A stretch of DNA of 32,184 nt. Source: Bacteriovoracaceae bacterium (GTDB taxonomy: Bacteria > Bdellovibrionota > Bacteriovoracia > Bacteriovoracales > Bacteriovoracaceae). The notes beneath the pieces were generated by a model. It was not told the DNA's origin. It did not search any database and saw only the letters and a program-made list of their open reading frames with translations. Below, piece by piece: positions 17,526-25,749 of the stretch (position 1 is its first letter; each line of letters starts with the position of its first letter). The stretch lies in NCBI GenBank assembly GCA_018649885.1, contig JABIHA010000083.1, forward strand, positions 1-32,184, written 5' to 3'. Made by a program: the position numbers and the translations under genes.

Positions 17526-18244
17526 TGATACCTAAACCATATTTTAATATAGTCAGAAACATAAATGATGGAACAAAAAAAGCGAATCGTTTTTTGCAAC
17601 AATCAGATGAAGCTAGACTTCAAAAACGAGCCTTAAATGTATTGATTGATGACCTGAATGAATTGTTTCTATTTATTGAACCATCTTCTTCAAATGTGAA
17701 CATATTTTCACATAGATGTTACGACATTCATTTAAGAGCTTGTGTACAAGTTGAATCCGCACTCAGGTTGATATTCAATAAAAATGGTGTAATTCCACAA
17801 GTGGATTCAATTATTGGTTATTCGGATTTAGAAGGTGTAATGAAGTTATCAGAATATGATTTAAGATATATGACACTCCCACTTCATAATTTTAAACCAT
17901 TTGAGTCATTTGCTAATCCTACTAGAAATGATCGGAGTCCTAAGTGGTATAAAGAGCATAATAAAGTTAAACACAACAGAACAAGATATTTTCATCTGGC
18001 CACGCTTGAGAATGCGATTCATTCAGTTGGTGCGTTGTATGCAATTATCGATGCTCAATATGCTATTGGTTACTTACACTCAGATGGTAATGAAAGATCA
18101 TTAGCACCTAGAAGGGATGGCATATATCTACTAGAAGCAATACCAACTTGGCTTGCAGCAGAAAAATATTACAACTTTGACTGGGATGCCTTGGTGGTAA
18201 GTGGTGACCCTTTTGCCTCTGCGTCTATTCCTGTAATTCCCTAG
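17525..18244 (+). CDS. Hypothetical protein, HEPN-like (paralogue B)
   Basis: N...FSH...LRAC and PKWYKEHNKVKHNR...ATLENA motifs. TAATG stop/start overlap with paralogue A. Confidence 0.7.
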   Translation: MIPKPYFNIVRNINDGTKKANRFLQQSDEARLQKRALNVLIDDLNELFLFIEPSSSNVNIFSHRCYDIHLRACVQVESALRLIFNKNGVIPQVDSIIGYSDLEGVMKLSEYDLRYMTLPLHNFKPFESFANPTRNDRSPKWYKEHNKVKHNRTRYFHLATLENAIHSVGALYAIIDAQYAIGYLHSDGNERSLAPRRDGIYLLEAIPTWLAAEKYYNFDWDALVVSGDPFASASIPVIP

Positions 18245-18465
18245 TGGTACACTTTCAGTGTGTGCGCTCATTCCAAGGTGCTATAGCTAAATTTTGTCGT
18301 AGTCTTTCTGTAACATCTCAATTTAACTAAGGCAATAAATTCAGACAGTTATTAAGACAATCACCAACTCCAGTGTTCAAGGAAGGTAGCAAGTTTAAAC
18401 AATTTGTTTAATATCCAAATGATGCTCCTTATGCTAATTATTGCTTTAAATAATAGGAGTAATTT

Positions 18466-19005
18466 ATGCCAAAGAGAAAAGTTTTTATTACCCACTACAA
18501 GGGTGACAGAGCGACAGTTGATGACTTTATAACGAAATGGACAGATACTAATGACGTGTTTATACCGAAAGTTTTAGGCGCTAATGATAACGACGATTTT
18601 ATTGAAAGTACTGACACAGACTATGTAATGTCTCAAATTCGAAAAAAATACCTAGAAGATTCGACCGTAACTTTAGTTTTACTAGGTACGTGTACACATT
18701 CTCGTAGATATGTTGATTGGGAAATAAAAAGTTCATTAACCCAGGGAGATTCGACTCCTAACGGTTTATTTTGCATCCTATTGGAGGGAACAAGTGGAAA
18801 ATTGCCAGAAAGGTTTCAGAAAAATTGGAATAGCGAAGGAACGGGTTATGCTCAATTTTATGCTCAGCCAAGTTCTTCTAGTCAACTTTCCGGTTGGATT
18901 GAAGAAGCATTTAGTGCAAGAACAGAAAAATCAAATTTAATTTCAAATAGTCAGGATATGATGAAATATAATCAAAAATGTAAAACCTGTGATGAAACAC
19001 ACTAG
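18466..19005 (+). CDS. ThsB-like TIR domain protein (DUF1863/MTH538 type)
   Basis: RKVFITH, DYVMSQIRKKYLEDSTVTLVLLG...RRYVDWEIKSSL (catalytic Glu present), PNGL, LPERF and a C-terminal CxxCxxxH. AGGAG RBS. Confidence 0.88.
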   Translation: MPKRKVFITHYKGDRATVDDFITKWTDTNDVFIPKVLGANDNDDFIESTDTDYVMSQIRKKYLEDSTVTLVLLGTCTHSRRYVDWEIKSSLTQGDSTPNGLFCILLEGTSGKLPERFQKNWNSEGTGYAQFYAQPSSSSQLSGWIEEAFSARTEKSNLISNSQDMMKYNQKCKTCDETH

Positions 19006-19011
19006 CGGAAG

Positions 19012-19623
19012 ATGGGGAAGAAGATGTTTTACTTTATAGTGGGAGTGCTAGGAGCTGTTATGTTAACGACTTCCGCAATCTATTTTATACAAAAGAAGGA
19101 TATTGTTGAGGGCGTAAAAGAGATGTACATCGTGAGGTATTCAACTTCAGATGTTAACTTGAATGCAATTGGTGGTTTAAGTTTTTCTATTAAGGCAAAC
19201 AAAACCGATCGCGAGACTGCTTGGAGAATTTACACTCAATTAAAAACAAGAGTTGCATCCGTAAAGTTTAACCCTTCATATGATTCAGTTGTCTTAGTGA
19301 ACAAGAGTTTATATGAAGCTTTTAAACTTATTCGAGAAGAGGTTAGTAATATCCCTTTAAATAGAGTTCGAACAAAAAAAGATGATGCAATTGTTGATTT
19401 TTATATGAATATCCTGAACGAAGGTATTCGGCCCTACTTATCAAAATGGCATTTACCAATTTCGAGCTGGGTGGAGTCTAACAAAGAAAAGAATTCTGGT
19501 AAAAGCATTACTGAAATTGAAAAGACATTTCCTAAGTATGAAGACCTCATAAAAGATATTGAATCTATGAATGGACGTTTAGAAAAGATAACGGTTGAAT
19601 TATTAAAGATTGTAAAAAGCTAA
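19012..19623 (+). CDS. Membrane-anchored helical protein, putative TIR partner/effector
   Basis: Starts 6 nt after the TIR stop. One N-terminal TM, then DRETAWRIYTQLKTR...SLYEAF..IRE...ILNEGIRPYLSKWH. Confidence 0.7.
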   Translation: MGKKMFYFIVGVLGAVMLTTSAIYFIQKKDIVEGVKEMYIVRYSTSDVNLNAIGGLSFSIKANKTDRETAWRIYTQLKTRVASVKFNPSYDSVVLVNKSLYEAFKLIREEVSNIPLNRVRTKKDDAIVDFYMNILNEGIRPYLSKWHLPISSWVESNKEKNSGKSITEIEKTFPKYEDLIKDIESMNGRLEKITVELLKIVKS

Positions 19624-19726
19624 TTTACTAATCAAAGTAACGTTTTGTATTTGTATCAGAGCACTAACCCTGTATTTTTTAAATATTAGAGTAGACAAAA
19701 GAATCTCCACCATCCATTGAGTCTGG

Positions 19727-20266
19727 TTACTTTTTGCAAGAAGAATATGCATTTTTATAAGGCAAACTAAAACAATTAATCAAATTATCTACAACATGTA
19801 GATTTGCTATTTTGTCCTCAAACTTAGGACCATTGGCGATAACTTCTCTATGGTACTTGAGGGTCAATAAGTCTCCTTCTAAAAAAGCAACTGAAGCATA
19901 CACGTAGTCATTCCAGAGTATTGGTGTATCTTTTGGCTCATCCTGATCAAGAGATGCAAGAAATCTCAATTTTGCAATTTTATAATTACCATCATATGCA
20001 TACATTTGGCCGGCATGCCAGACGAGTATTCCCTGTTGCCACCTTACTAAATTATCAAAATGTTTTTGGAGGTAGTCATCTATCAGTCGGCCCGTCTGAT
20101 CATAGCATTCCAAATCAGCATATTTTCTCCAGCCTTTTCCAAAAGTCTGATCGAAAGTTTCGTAGTCGAGATTTAAGAGGTTTTTATATTCAGTTTTTGA
20201 AAATTCACAAGGAAGTACTTGAAGAGAAAAAAATAACAAAAAAAGAAATGAAAGTTTATATTTCAT
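19727..20266 (-). CDS. Exported helical (TPR-like) hypothetical protein
   Basis: The ATG at 20266 gives signal peptide MKYKLSFLFLLFFSLQV. Motifs FDQ...GWR, WHAGQ, WNDYV.A..AFL and four Cys residues. Confidence 0.72.
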   Translation of the reverse strand: MKYKLSFLFLLFFSLQVLPCEFSKTEYKNLLNLDYETFDQTFGKGWRKYADLECYDQTGRLIDDYLQKHFDNLVRWQQGILVWHAGQMYAYDGNYKIAKLRFLASLDQDEPKDTPILWNDYVYASVAFLEGDLLTLKYHREVIANGPKFEDKIANLHVVDNLINCFSLPYKNAYSSCKK

Positions 20267-20282
20267 AGAATGAGTCTGGGAA

Positions 20283-20597
20283 TCACCCTCCACCAGAACC
20301 ATCACCACTGGAGCGAAGAGATCTCATGGAAAATCCATCAAACCCGGATGAATAAATGGAAGCTGTCGATCCATCTTGAGATTGATTATGAAGTGATTCA
20401 ACTTCACTGCCATAATAGATTTGGCCAGATTTTAGTTCGATTTGGTCGATGTAGTTAAACTTATCACCCATGACGTTCGATATTTCAGAGATTTTAGTTT
20501 TGAGTCCGTCGTTAAAACTTATATGAGTTGCGTTGAACTCAACTGCAAAAAGACCTGTGGAAAGTGAGAGGAGCATTAGTGAAATGATAAATTTCAT
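20283..20597 (-). CDS. Small secreted protein with a C-terminal GDGSGGG tail
   Basis: Signal peptide MKFIISLMLLSLSTGLFA, AAAGGAG RBS, ATGA overlap with the upstream regulator. Confidence 0.78.
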   Translation of the reverse strand: MKFIISLMLLSLSTGLFAVEFNATHISFNDGLKTKISEISNVMGDKFNYIDQIELKSGQIYYGSEVESLHNQSQDGSTASIYSSGFDGFSMRSLRSSGDGSGGG

Positions 20598-21385
20598 TGG
20601 AGTTCTCCTTTCTCATTAGAATTTTCCATAGGGGTAAAACTATCACAAAATCCCACAGAAAACATCGGTATATCGCCCCGATTTTCTGTATTTCTAATAA
20701 TTTGTTGGACCTCTTTATGAAATTTTCTATGGGCCTCTTGTAAGGCCTTTATGCCATTTTTATTCATTCCATCGCTAACGCTATGAACATAATTTCGTTG
20801 TTTTCCAATATGCTCAGTTTTGTAGTGCTTCGCATAAGTGGTGAGGTGGTGTCTTACACTTTCAAATGATCTAACAATTGTTTTTTTGTCTACCACATGA
20901 AAGCGTCCATCGGTTTCCTTGATAAGGCCTTTCAGCACCAGGTGCTTCATACTTTCAAGACCAGGGGCCCCTAGTACACTTGTAACTTCAAGTTGATCTG
21001 TTCCCTGTTCGGTATCAGCAAGTAGATAGGCCACAAAGCACTCTCTACTCTCTAGCAGGTCCTCAAACTCTTGGTCTGTGAGCTTTTTATTGTCTTCTTG
21101 TAGAGAGACTTCAAGAACGCCTTCTAGGGATTCTCCTAGGTCTTTGTCGTAATATGCAAGAGCGTTCGGTAATAGTTCCACCATGCCAGAGCCAGTAATA
21201 ATTTTTAAATAGGTATCGAGCTTTGGCTTTTTAGTTTCGTTTTGTAAGCGATTAAATGTAGAGCGTGGAATTTTGATTTTATCTGCAAGTTGAGAGTCGG
21301 AGAAACTAGGAAACCTCTGCTTGAGAGTACCAAGACAGGCCGATACGACTTCTTCCCAGTTAGTGGGTGTGCAGTTTAGGTTCAT
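20594..21385 (-). CDS. HTH plus TIGR02147/DUF4423-like transcriptional regulator
   Basis: ATG 21385 with AGGGGA RBS. N-terminal XRE-like HTH (SDSQLADKIKIPRSTFNRLQN), a central winged-helix-like segment (LVLKGLIKETDGRF) and a C-terminal domain typical of Bdellovibrionota regulators. Confidence 0.7.
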   Translation of the reverse strand: MNLNCTPTNWEEVVSACLGTLKQRFPSFSDSQLADKIKIPRSTFNRLQNETKKPKLDTYLKIITGSGMVELLPNALAYYDKDLGESLEGVLEVSLQEDNKKLTDQEFEDLLESRECFVAYLLADTEQGTDQLEVTSVLGAPGLESMKHLVLKGLIKETDGRFHVVDKKTIVRSFESVRHHLTTYAKHYKTEHIGKQRNYVHSVSDGMNKNGIKALQEAHRKFHKEVQQIIRNTENRGDIPMFSVGFCDSFTPMENSNEKGELQ

Positions 21386-21592
21386 TAAGTCCCCTAATAA
21401 GATCAATAGTAGACTTTTGGTATCGCAGAGTGGGGCATGTGGCAAATTTTGACCAAGATTAACAAACTGCAAAACCGAATTCAAAATTATGCGGCATCCC
21501 AATTCGTGGGTGGAAGATGCACTTGAGGTTTTTCTATTTCTATTATCGTATATTATATTGTATGTTCCGCGGCATAACTTGGAGAAATATTT

Positions 21593-22816
21593 ATGAGAAC
21601 CACCCCCTTTTGCTTGTCTGCAGCTTTGTCTTTAATTTTTATTTTATCATTTCCCAATTGCTTTGCAGGGGAACCTAATAAGCTGATGTTCAAATTTGTA
21701 GGCGATACAAAATGGGAACTAGATTCAGTTGCGAGACAGGAATTTAATGAATTTCTTGAGGAGCAAAGAGTTTCTCTTCTTGGTGATATTAAAGAGCTAG
21801 AATTTCCCGCAAAGTTTGATTCATTAAAAGATGCAATTTTGTCTTACGCCATGCCTGCCGGAAAATATTATAAAAATAGAGAACTATCATGTCTTTTTCT
21901 TGAAAGGGTGAGAAAAAATCTAGTAAGTGATGCAGACAAGGTTGAATTTAGAGGGATCACTAAAAACGGTGAAATATGCACACAAGGTGATTTGGCCCCT
22001 TCAGAGTATAGTGCCTGGACTCTTCGCTTAGTGAACTTCATTTGGTTTCAGAAGTGGATTCCGACAAGCATTGGGACAAAGAGTATGGAGCAATATTTAA
22101 TTGATCGCTTAGAAGTAAAAAACTATATCAGACCGACAATAAATATTCTTACATCAAAGGAGTACGATGCTTATGGTTATAGTTTTTCTTCTGATGATAT
22201 GAAAACGATTTCTCAAAATAAAAAGCTATCCGAGGTTTTTGAAATCACAAAGAATTTCACACCAAATGATGCAAGTACTTTTGGCGACTTAGGTCCTGAG
22301 ATGAAAAAAATGATTGAAGAAAATACCGCATCAGCTGCGGGTTTCTTTATTACTGAACCATCAATCTATATAACAAATAATTGGGCCCCCAGTGACTTGA
22401 TCGACTTAATGGCACATGAGTTTGGACATGTTTACCATGGGCTTTTCAAAAATAGCATAACTGATTTAGGTGACGTGATTGAATTTAAAAATTCTAGGAT
22501 TCATGATGAAGGAGCTGCCGAAGCTGTTGCATGGTTCGGCTTGTGCAAGTTGTATGAGGATTTCCCAGAAATCAAATTCTTTCATGTCTTCAAATTAATG
22601 ACTTTCTCACAACTAAGAAAAAATGATCCCCATTATGTTGGTGCTGTTTCATTTGCAAATCAATTTCATTACAGCTGTCCGGATTCCTCAAAAGAGTTAC
22701 ACCAGTTCTTGTCAGCAAAATCTCTTGATAATTTTATGGAGCATATTGAATATTTCCCAATACGCAAGATAGGAAAAAAAGATGATGAAAAGGTGGAGCT
22801 AGTATGGGAAAAATAA
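21593..22816 (+). CDS. Secreted gluzincin-type zinc metallopeptidase
   Basis: Signal peptide, AHEFGH plus downstream HDEGAAE. GGAG RBS. Confidence 0.7.
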   Translation: MRTTPFCLSAALSLIFILSFPNCFAGEPNKLMFKFVGDTKWELDSVARQEFNEFLEEQRVSLLGDIKELEFPAKFDSLKDAILSYAMPAGKYYKNRELSCLFLERVRKNLVSDADKVEFRGITKNGEICTQGDLAPSEYSAWTLRLVNFIWFQKWIPTSIGTKSMEQYLIDRLEVKNYIRPTINILTSKEYDAYGYSFSSDDMKTISQNKKLSEVFEITKNFTPNDASTFGDLGPEMKKMIEENTASAAGFFITEPSIYITNNWAPSDLIDLMAHEFGHVYHGLFKNSITDLGDVIEFKNSRIHDEGAAEAVAWFGLCKLYEDFPEIKFFHVFKLMTFSQLRKNDPHYVGAVSFANQFHYSCPDSSKELHQFLSAKSLDNFMEHIEYFPIRKIGKKDDEKVELVWEK

Positions 22817-23517
22817 ATTTCACAATAACGATAATATTTTCTACAGTTTTTTCATCAGGGTTAGTAATGGCAAATGAAAAATTAGCAAATGAAGTCATTT
22901 ATAGAACAGAGGCTGAGTTATCAAAATATTTCGGCAAAAAACTAAGCAAGCCAATTCATCTATATTATAAAAAAGAACAGTCTGAGGAAAAGAAGAAATG
23001 GCCAACTTCTTGGGGCCCCGAAAAAGATCGCTTTGGTTTGGGACTTCACGATGATTTTTCGCTTGAAAAAACTTGGTGGAATATGAATGGAGTTGATGAG
23101 GCAATGCTGAGGAATGCAAGTTTGGAGCAAAAATATACACTTACTTTAACCCATGAAATGGCGCATATATTCATGTTTCCTACGCCATTAAAGGCCTGGT
23201 TTCAGGAAGCAGTGGCCATGAATATAGGAAAGGAGATTGCACTTCGCTTGGATCCGACGCTTGAGCAATTTTTCCCAAATACCTTTCCGCCAACAAAAAT
23301 AACTGAACTTCAAAAGTATACCTACCAGATGATTTCTAAGGATGAGCAAGCTTGCAAAAAATTGCAGCTTTCGGCAATGGGTCTAGCAAGTAGATTTAGT
23401 CAATCTCAGATTCTTGATTGGATAAAAGCAAACCGTCCAAAAGGATATAATCCTTTGGATGATAATCGTGAAAACGAGGTTATTGAAAAAACTTTAATTA
23501 ATAGTATGCCCAAATAG
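22804..23517 (+). CDS. Secreted gluzincin-type zinc metallopeptidase (peptidase MA-like)
   Basis: Signal peptide, THEMAH plus WFQEAVA. Confidence 0.7.
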   Translation: MGKINFTITIIFSTVFSSGLVMANEKLANEVIYRTEAELSKYFGKKLSKPIHLYYKKEQSEEKKKWPTSWGPEKDRFGLGLHDDFSLEKTWWNMNGVDEAMLRNASLEQKYTLTLTHEMAHIFMFPTPLKAWFQEAVAMNIGKEIALRLDPTLEQFFPNTFPPTKITELQKYTYQMISKDEQACKKLQLSAMGLASRFSQSQILDWIKANRPKGYNPLDDNRENEVIEKTLINSMPK

Positions 23518-23523
23518 AGGTAT

Positions 23524-24384
23524 TTGAAACAGAGAAATGATGTGAAAACGATTAAAAGAGATCTGATTCTATTTTTAAGTATTACCTTTGTACTTAGCTT
23601 TGCCTTTGAGTTTTATATCATCCATAAAGGAGGTATTCGTTCTTGGCCACAATCAACATTTTTTTTAATGTGGATTCCAGGGATTGTTTCAATCCTATAT
23701 AGGCTCATTTCTAGGTGTGGGTTTAAAGATACAGGATTTAAAATAGGAGCTTTTCGCTATTGGTTTCTTGCATTTGCTGTCCCTTTATTTATTGCACTCA
23801 TAAGTAATATTCTTTGCTGGGGGTTGGGAGTTAACGAATTTACATCATATCCTGAAACGATTCTTAAAAAAGTGGGAATATCTTCTGTAGGTATGCTGAT
23901 TGCGATGAAATTTCCATGGTGGCTTTTATGGGGAAATATAAATGCACTTGGAGAGGAGTTGGGATGGCGTGGCTTTTTAATTCCAAAACTAACTCAAGTA
24001 AATTTGAAACATCCTTTTTTTGTAAGTGGACTGATATGGGCTGCTTGGCACTTTCCTCTTATTATTTGGGGAGACTATGCCACTTCTGATTTACCGATTC
24101 TTTCAGTTTTACTTTTTACAGTTATGATCGTTTGCAGTGGGATCTTTATTGCCTGGCTTAGAATGGAGTCAGGATCAGTGTGGGTAGCAATGTTTTATCA
24201 TGCTTGTCATAATTTCTTTTTACAAACGGCTTTTGCAATTTTTAGCAAAGCTGGAAAATATGATCCTTATTTGGGGAACGAATCGGGACTTTTTCCTTGT
24301 TTAATTTATATTGCGGTTTTGCTTGTAGGCAAACAATTTATTGTAAATAAAAGAAAAATATCTTCTCCTGAATTTGCAATTTAA
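23524..24384 (+). CDS. CPBP (Abi/CAAX protease type II) intramembrane metalloprotease
   Basis: Multi-TM with GEELGWRG, WAAWH and YHACHN motifs. Confidence 0.92.
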   Translation: MKQRNDVKTIKRDLILFLSITFVLSFAFEFYIIHKGGIRSWPQSTFFLMWIPGIVSILYRLISRCGFKDTGFKIGAFRYWFLAFAVPLFIALISNILCWGLGVNEFTSYPETILKKVGISSVGMLIAMKFPWWLLWGNINALGEELGWRGFLIPKLTQVNLKHPFFVSGLIWAAWHFPLIIWGDYATSDLPILSVLLFTVMIVCSGIFIAWLRMESGSVWVAMFYHACHNFFLQTAFAIFSKAGKYDPYLGNESGLFPCLIYIAVLLVGKQFIVNKRKISSPEFAI

Positions 24385-24432
24385 ATAAATATATTTTGTA
24401 GTGTTAACTTTTACGTTAGCTTTGAGAACAAT

Positions 24433-25182
24433 ATGATTAAACTTTTTAGCCTGTTAATTCCAGTTGTTTTGATTGTTGTGTTCTCGATTGTTTCAGAGCT
24501 AATTGTTAAAAGCTTTGGAAAAACTTGGCCCACATATGCTCTTTTACCGACCCTTGGATTATTATTTTCATTTATTACTTACCTAGGATTTAAAAAGTTA
24601 TCCATACTACAGACCATCCGGCCAATGAAAATTGGTACACCGAGAGGGTTGGCCTCAGGAGTAGCTCTAGGAGTTATCGTTAGTTGTTTATCTGCATATT
24701 TGTTTTATTTAACAAAGTCTCCTTCGGTTGATCTTTCCCTAGTTTGGAAAGACCTTCATCTTAGATTGATTGGAAATATTTTTCCGGCCTCAGTTGAAGA
24801 AGTAACCTTTAGAGGCGGCCTCGTTCATTACTTATTTTCATATTGGGGTAAAAATATTGGTTTGCTAGGTGGAAGTCTACCTTTTGGTATCATTCATTTG
24901 GTAGGAAGGTTTTTCGGTAACCCTGTCGATTTAGCACATGTTATAGGGGTTTCTGTAGCAGGTTTCTCACTCAGCTTGCTCTATTTAGAATATGGCTTAC
25001 TTCCGGCCATTGGATTTCACCTGGTTTGGAATAGCCTTTGCTCTCAATGGGTATCAGTTTTTAGTATTCCTAGAAAAGGTGGGGTTCAAATGATTGAAGG
25101 TCACTGGACAACATCCCTGGTGTTAATTTTATTAATTGTGCTAATTTTATCTCTTAAACAATTTTTTGTGAAAAATCGCTAA
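24433..25182 (+). CDS. CPBP (Abi/CAAX protease type II) intramembrane metalloprotease
   Basis: Multi-TM with VEEVTFRG, FGIIH and FHLVWN motifs. Confidence 0.9.
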   Translation: MIKLFSLLIPVVLIVVFSIVSELIVKSFGKTWPTYALLPTLGLLFSFITYLGFKKLSILQTIRPMKIGTPRGLASGVALGVIVSCLSAYLFYLTKSPSVDLSLVWKDLHLRLIGNIFPASVEEVTFRGGLVHYLFSYWGKNIGLLGGSLPFGIIHLVGRFFGNPVDLAHVIGVSVAGFSLSLLYLEYGLLPAIGFHLVWNSLCSQWVSVFSIPRKGGVQMIEGHWTTSLVLILLIVLILSLKQFFVKNR

Positions 25183-25193
25183 AAATTTATATA

Positions 25194-25286
25194 TTGACCA
25201 CGATGGGCATTCCACCATGGTGGTCAAAGTCATAAAATCAATATTTTACAATATCTAATCTTTTCAAGTGTCCACCATGGGACACT
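25194..25286. promoter_or_regulatory. Palindrome cluster upstream of the T4SS operon
   Basis: TTGACCACGATGG...CCATGGTGGTCAA (12/13 inverted repeat), AGTGTCC-N6-GGACACT, and TCCACCATGG repeated at 25211 and 25271. Confidence 0.55.
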
Positions 25287-25356
25287 GATTTCCTTTGCCT
25301 ATTCTCAAATGAAAAAGTTCTTGCTTTAGTTCTTCAAACGAAATCTGGAGGATTTT

Positions 25357-25497
25357 ATGAATTACTTTTTTATGGAGCTTGAAAGTGAATTGCTTGAAAT
25401 TTTGGGAACAATCAGTATGGAGGAAATAATTAAGAACCAAGAACTGGTGAAAAGAGGAGAGCTAATACTTGTCGCTATCCTTGGGGGAGTTCACTGA
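25357..25497 (+). CDS. 46-aa microprotein (not in the ORF track)
   Basis: GGAGG RBS 5 nt before the ATG. MNYFFMELESELLEILGTISMEEIIKNQELVKRGELILVAILGGVH*. TGATG coupling to the next ORF, which it resembles. Confidence 0.7.
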   Translation: MNYFFMELESELLEILGTISMEEIIKNQELVKRGELILVAILGGVH

Positions 25498-25691
25498 TGG
25501 AAAAAGAACTAGTCCGTCTTAGAAGTGATCTTCTTTTATTTTTGGGTTGTATTAGCAGCGAAGAATATAGAAAAAATAAAAAGCTAAGGAGATTGGCCAA
25601 AAGAGTGGAAGATAAGGCGACAAAGTTAGAGAGTGATCAAAAAAAGATTCAAGGTATTGAGCTAAAAAAATATCTAGGATCAAAATTCTAA
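25497..25691 (+). CDS. 64-aa basic microprotein
   Basis: GGAG RBS and coupled start. Shares L.S.LL..LG.IS.EE..KN..L with the preceding ORF. Confidence 0.7.
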   Translation: MEKELVRLRSDLLLFLGCISSEEYRKNKKLRRLAKRVEDKATKLESDQKKIQGIELKKYLGSKF

Positions 25692-25749
25692 GAATAATTT
25701 GTATCTTTTGAAAAAAAACAATAGCGGCGATTTGTCGCAAGGGAGAAGT

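Noticed and set aside
18466..19623. Canonical Thoeris (thsA-thsB) call
   Set aside because: No SIR2/SLOG or Macro-domain ThsA is recognisable in the window, so no ths gene symbols were assigned.
16700..19726. Integron cassette array
   Set aside because: No RYYYAAC...GTTRRRY attC palindromes directly after the stops and no intI. Only the 19-nt shared motif is supported.
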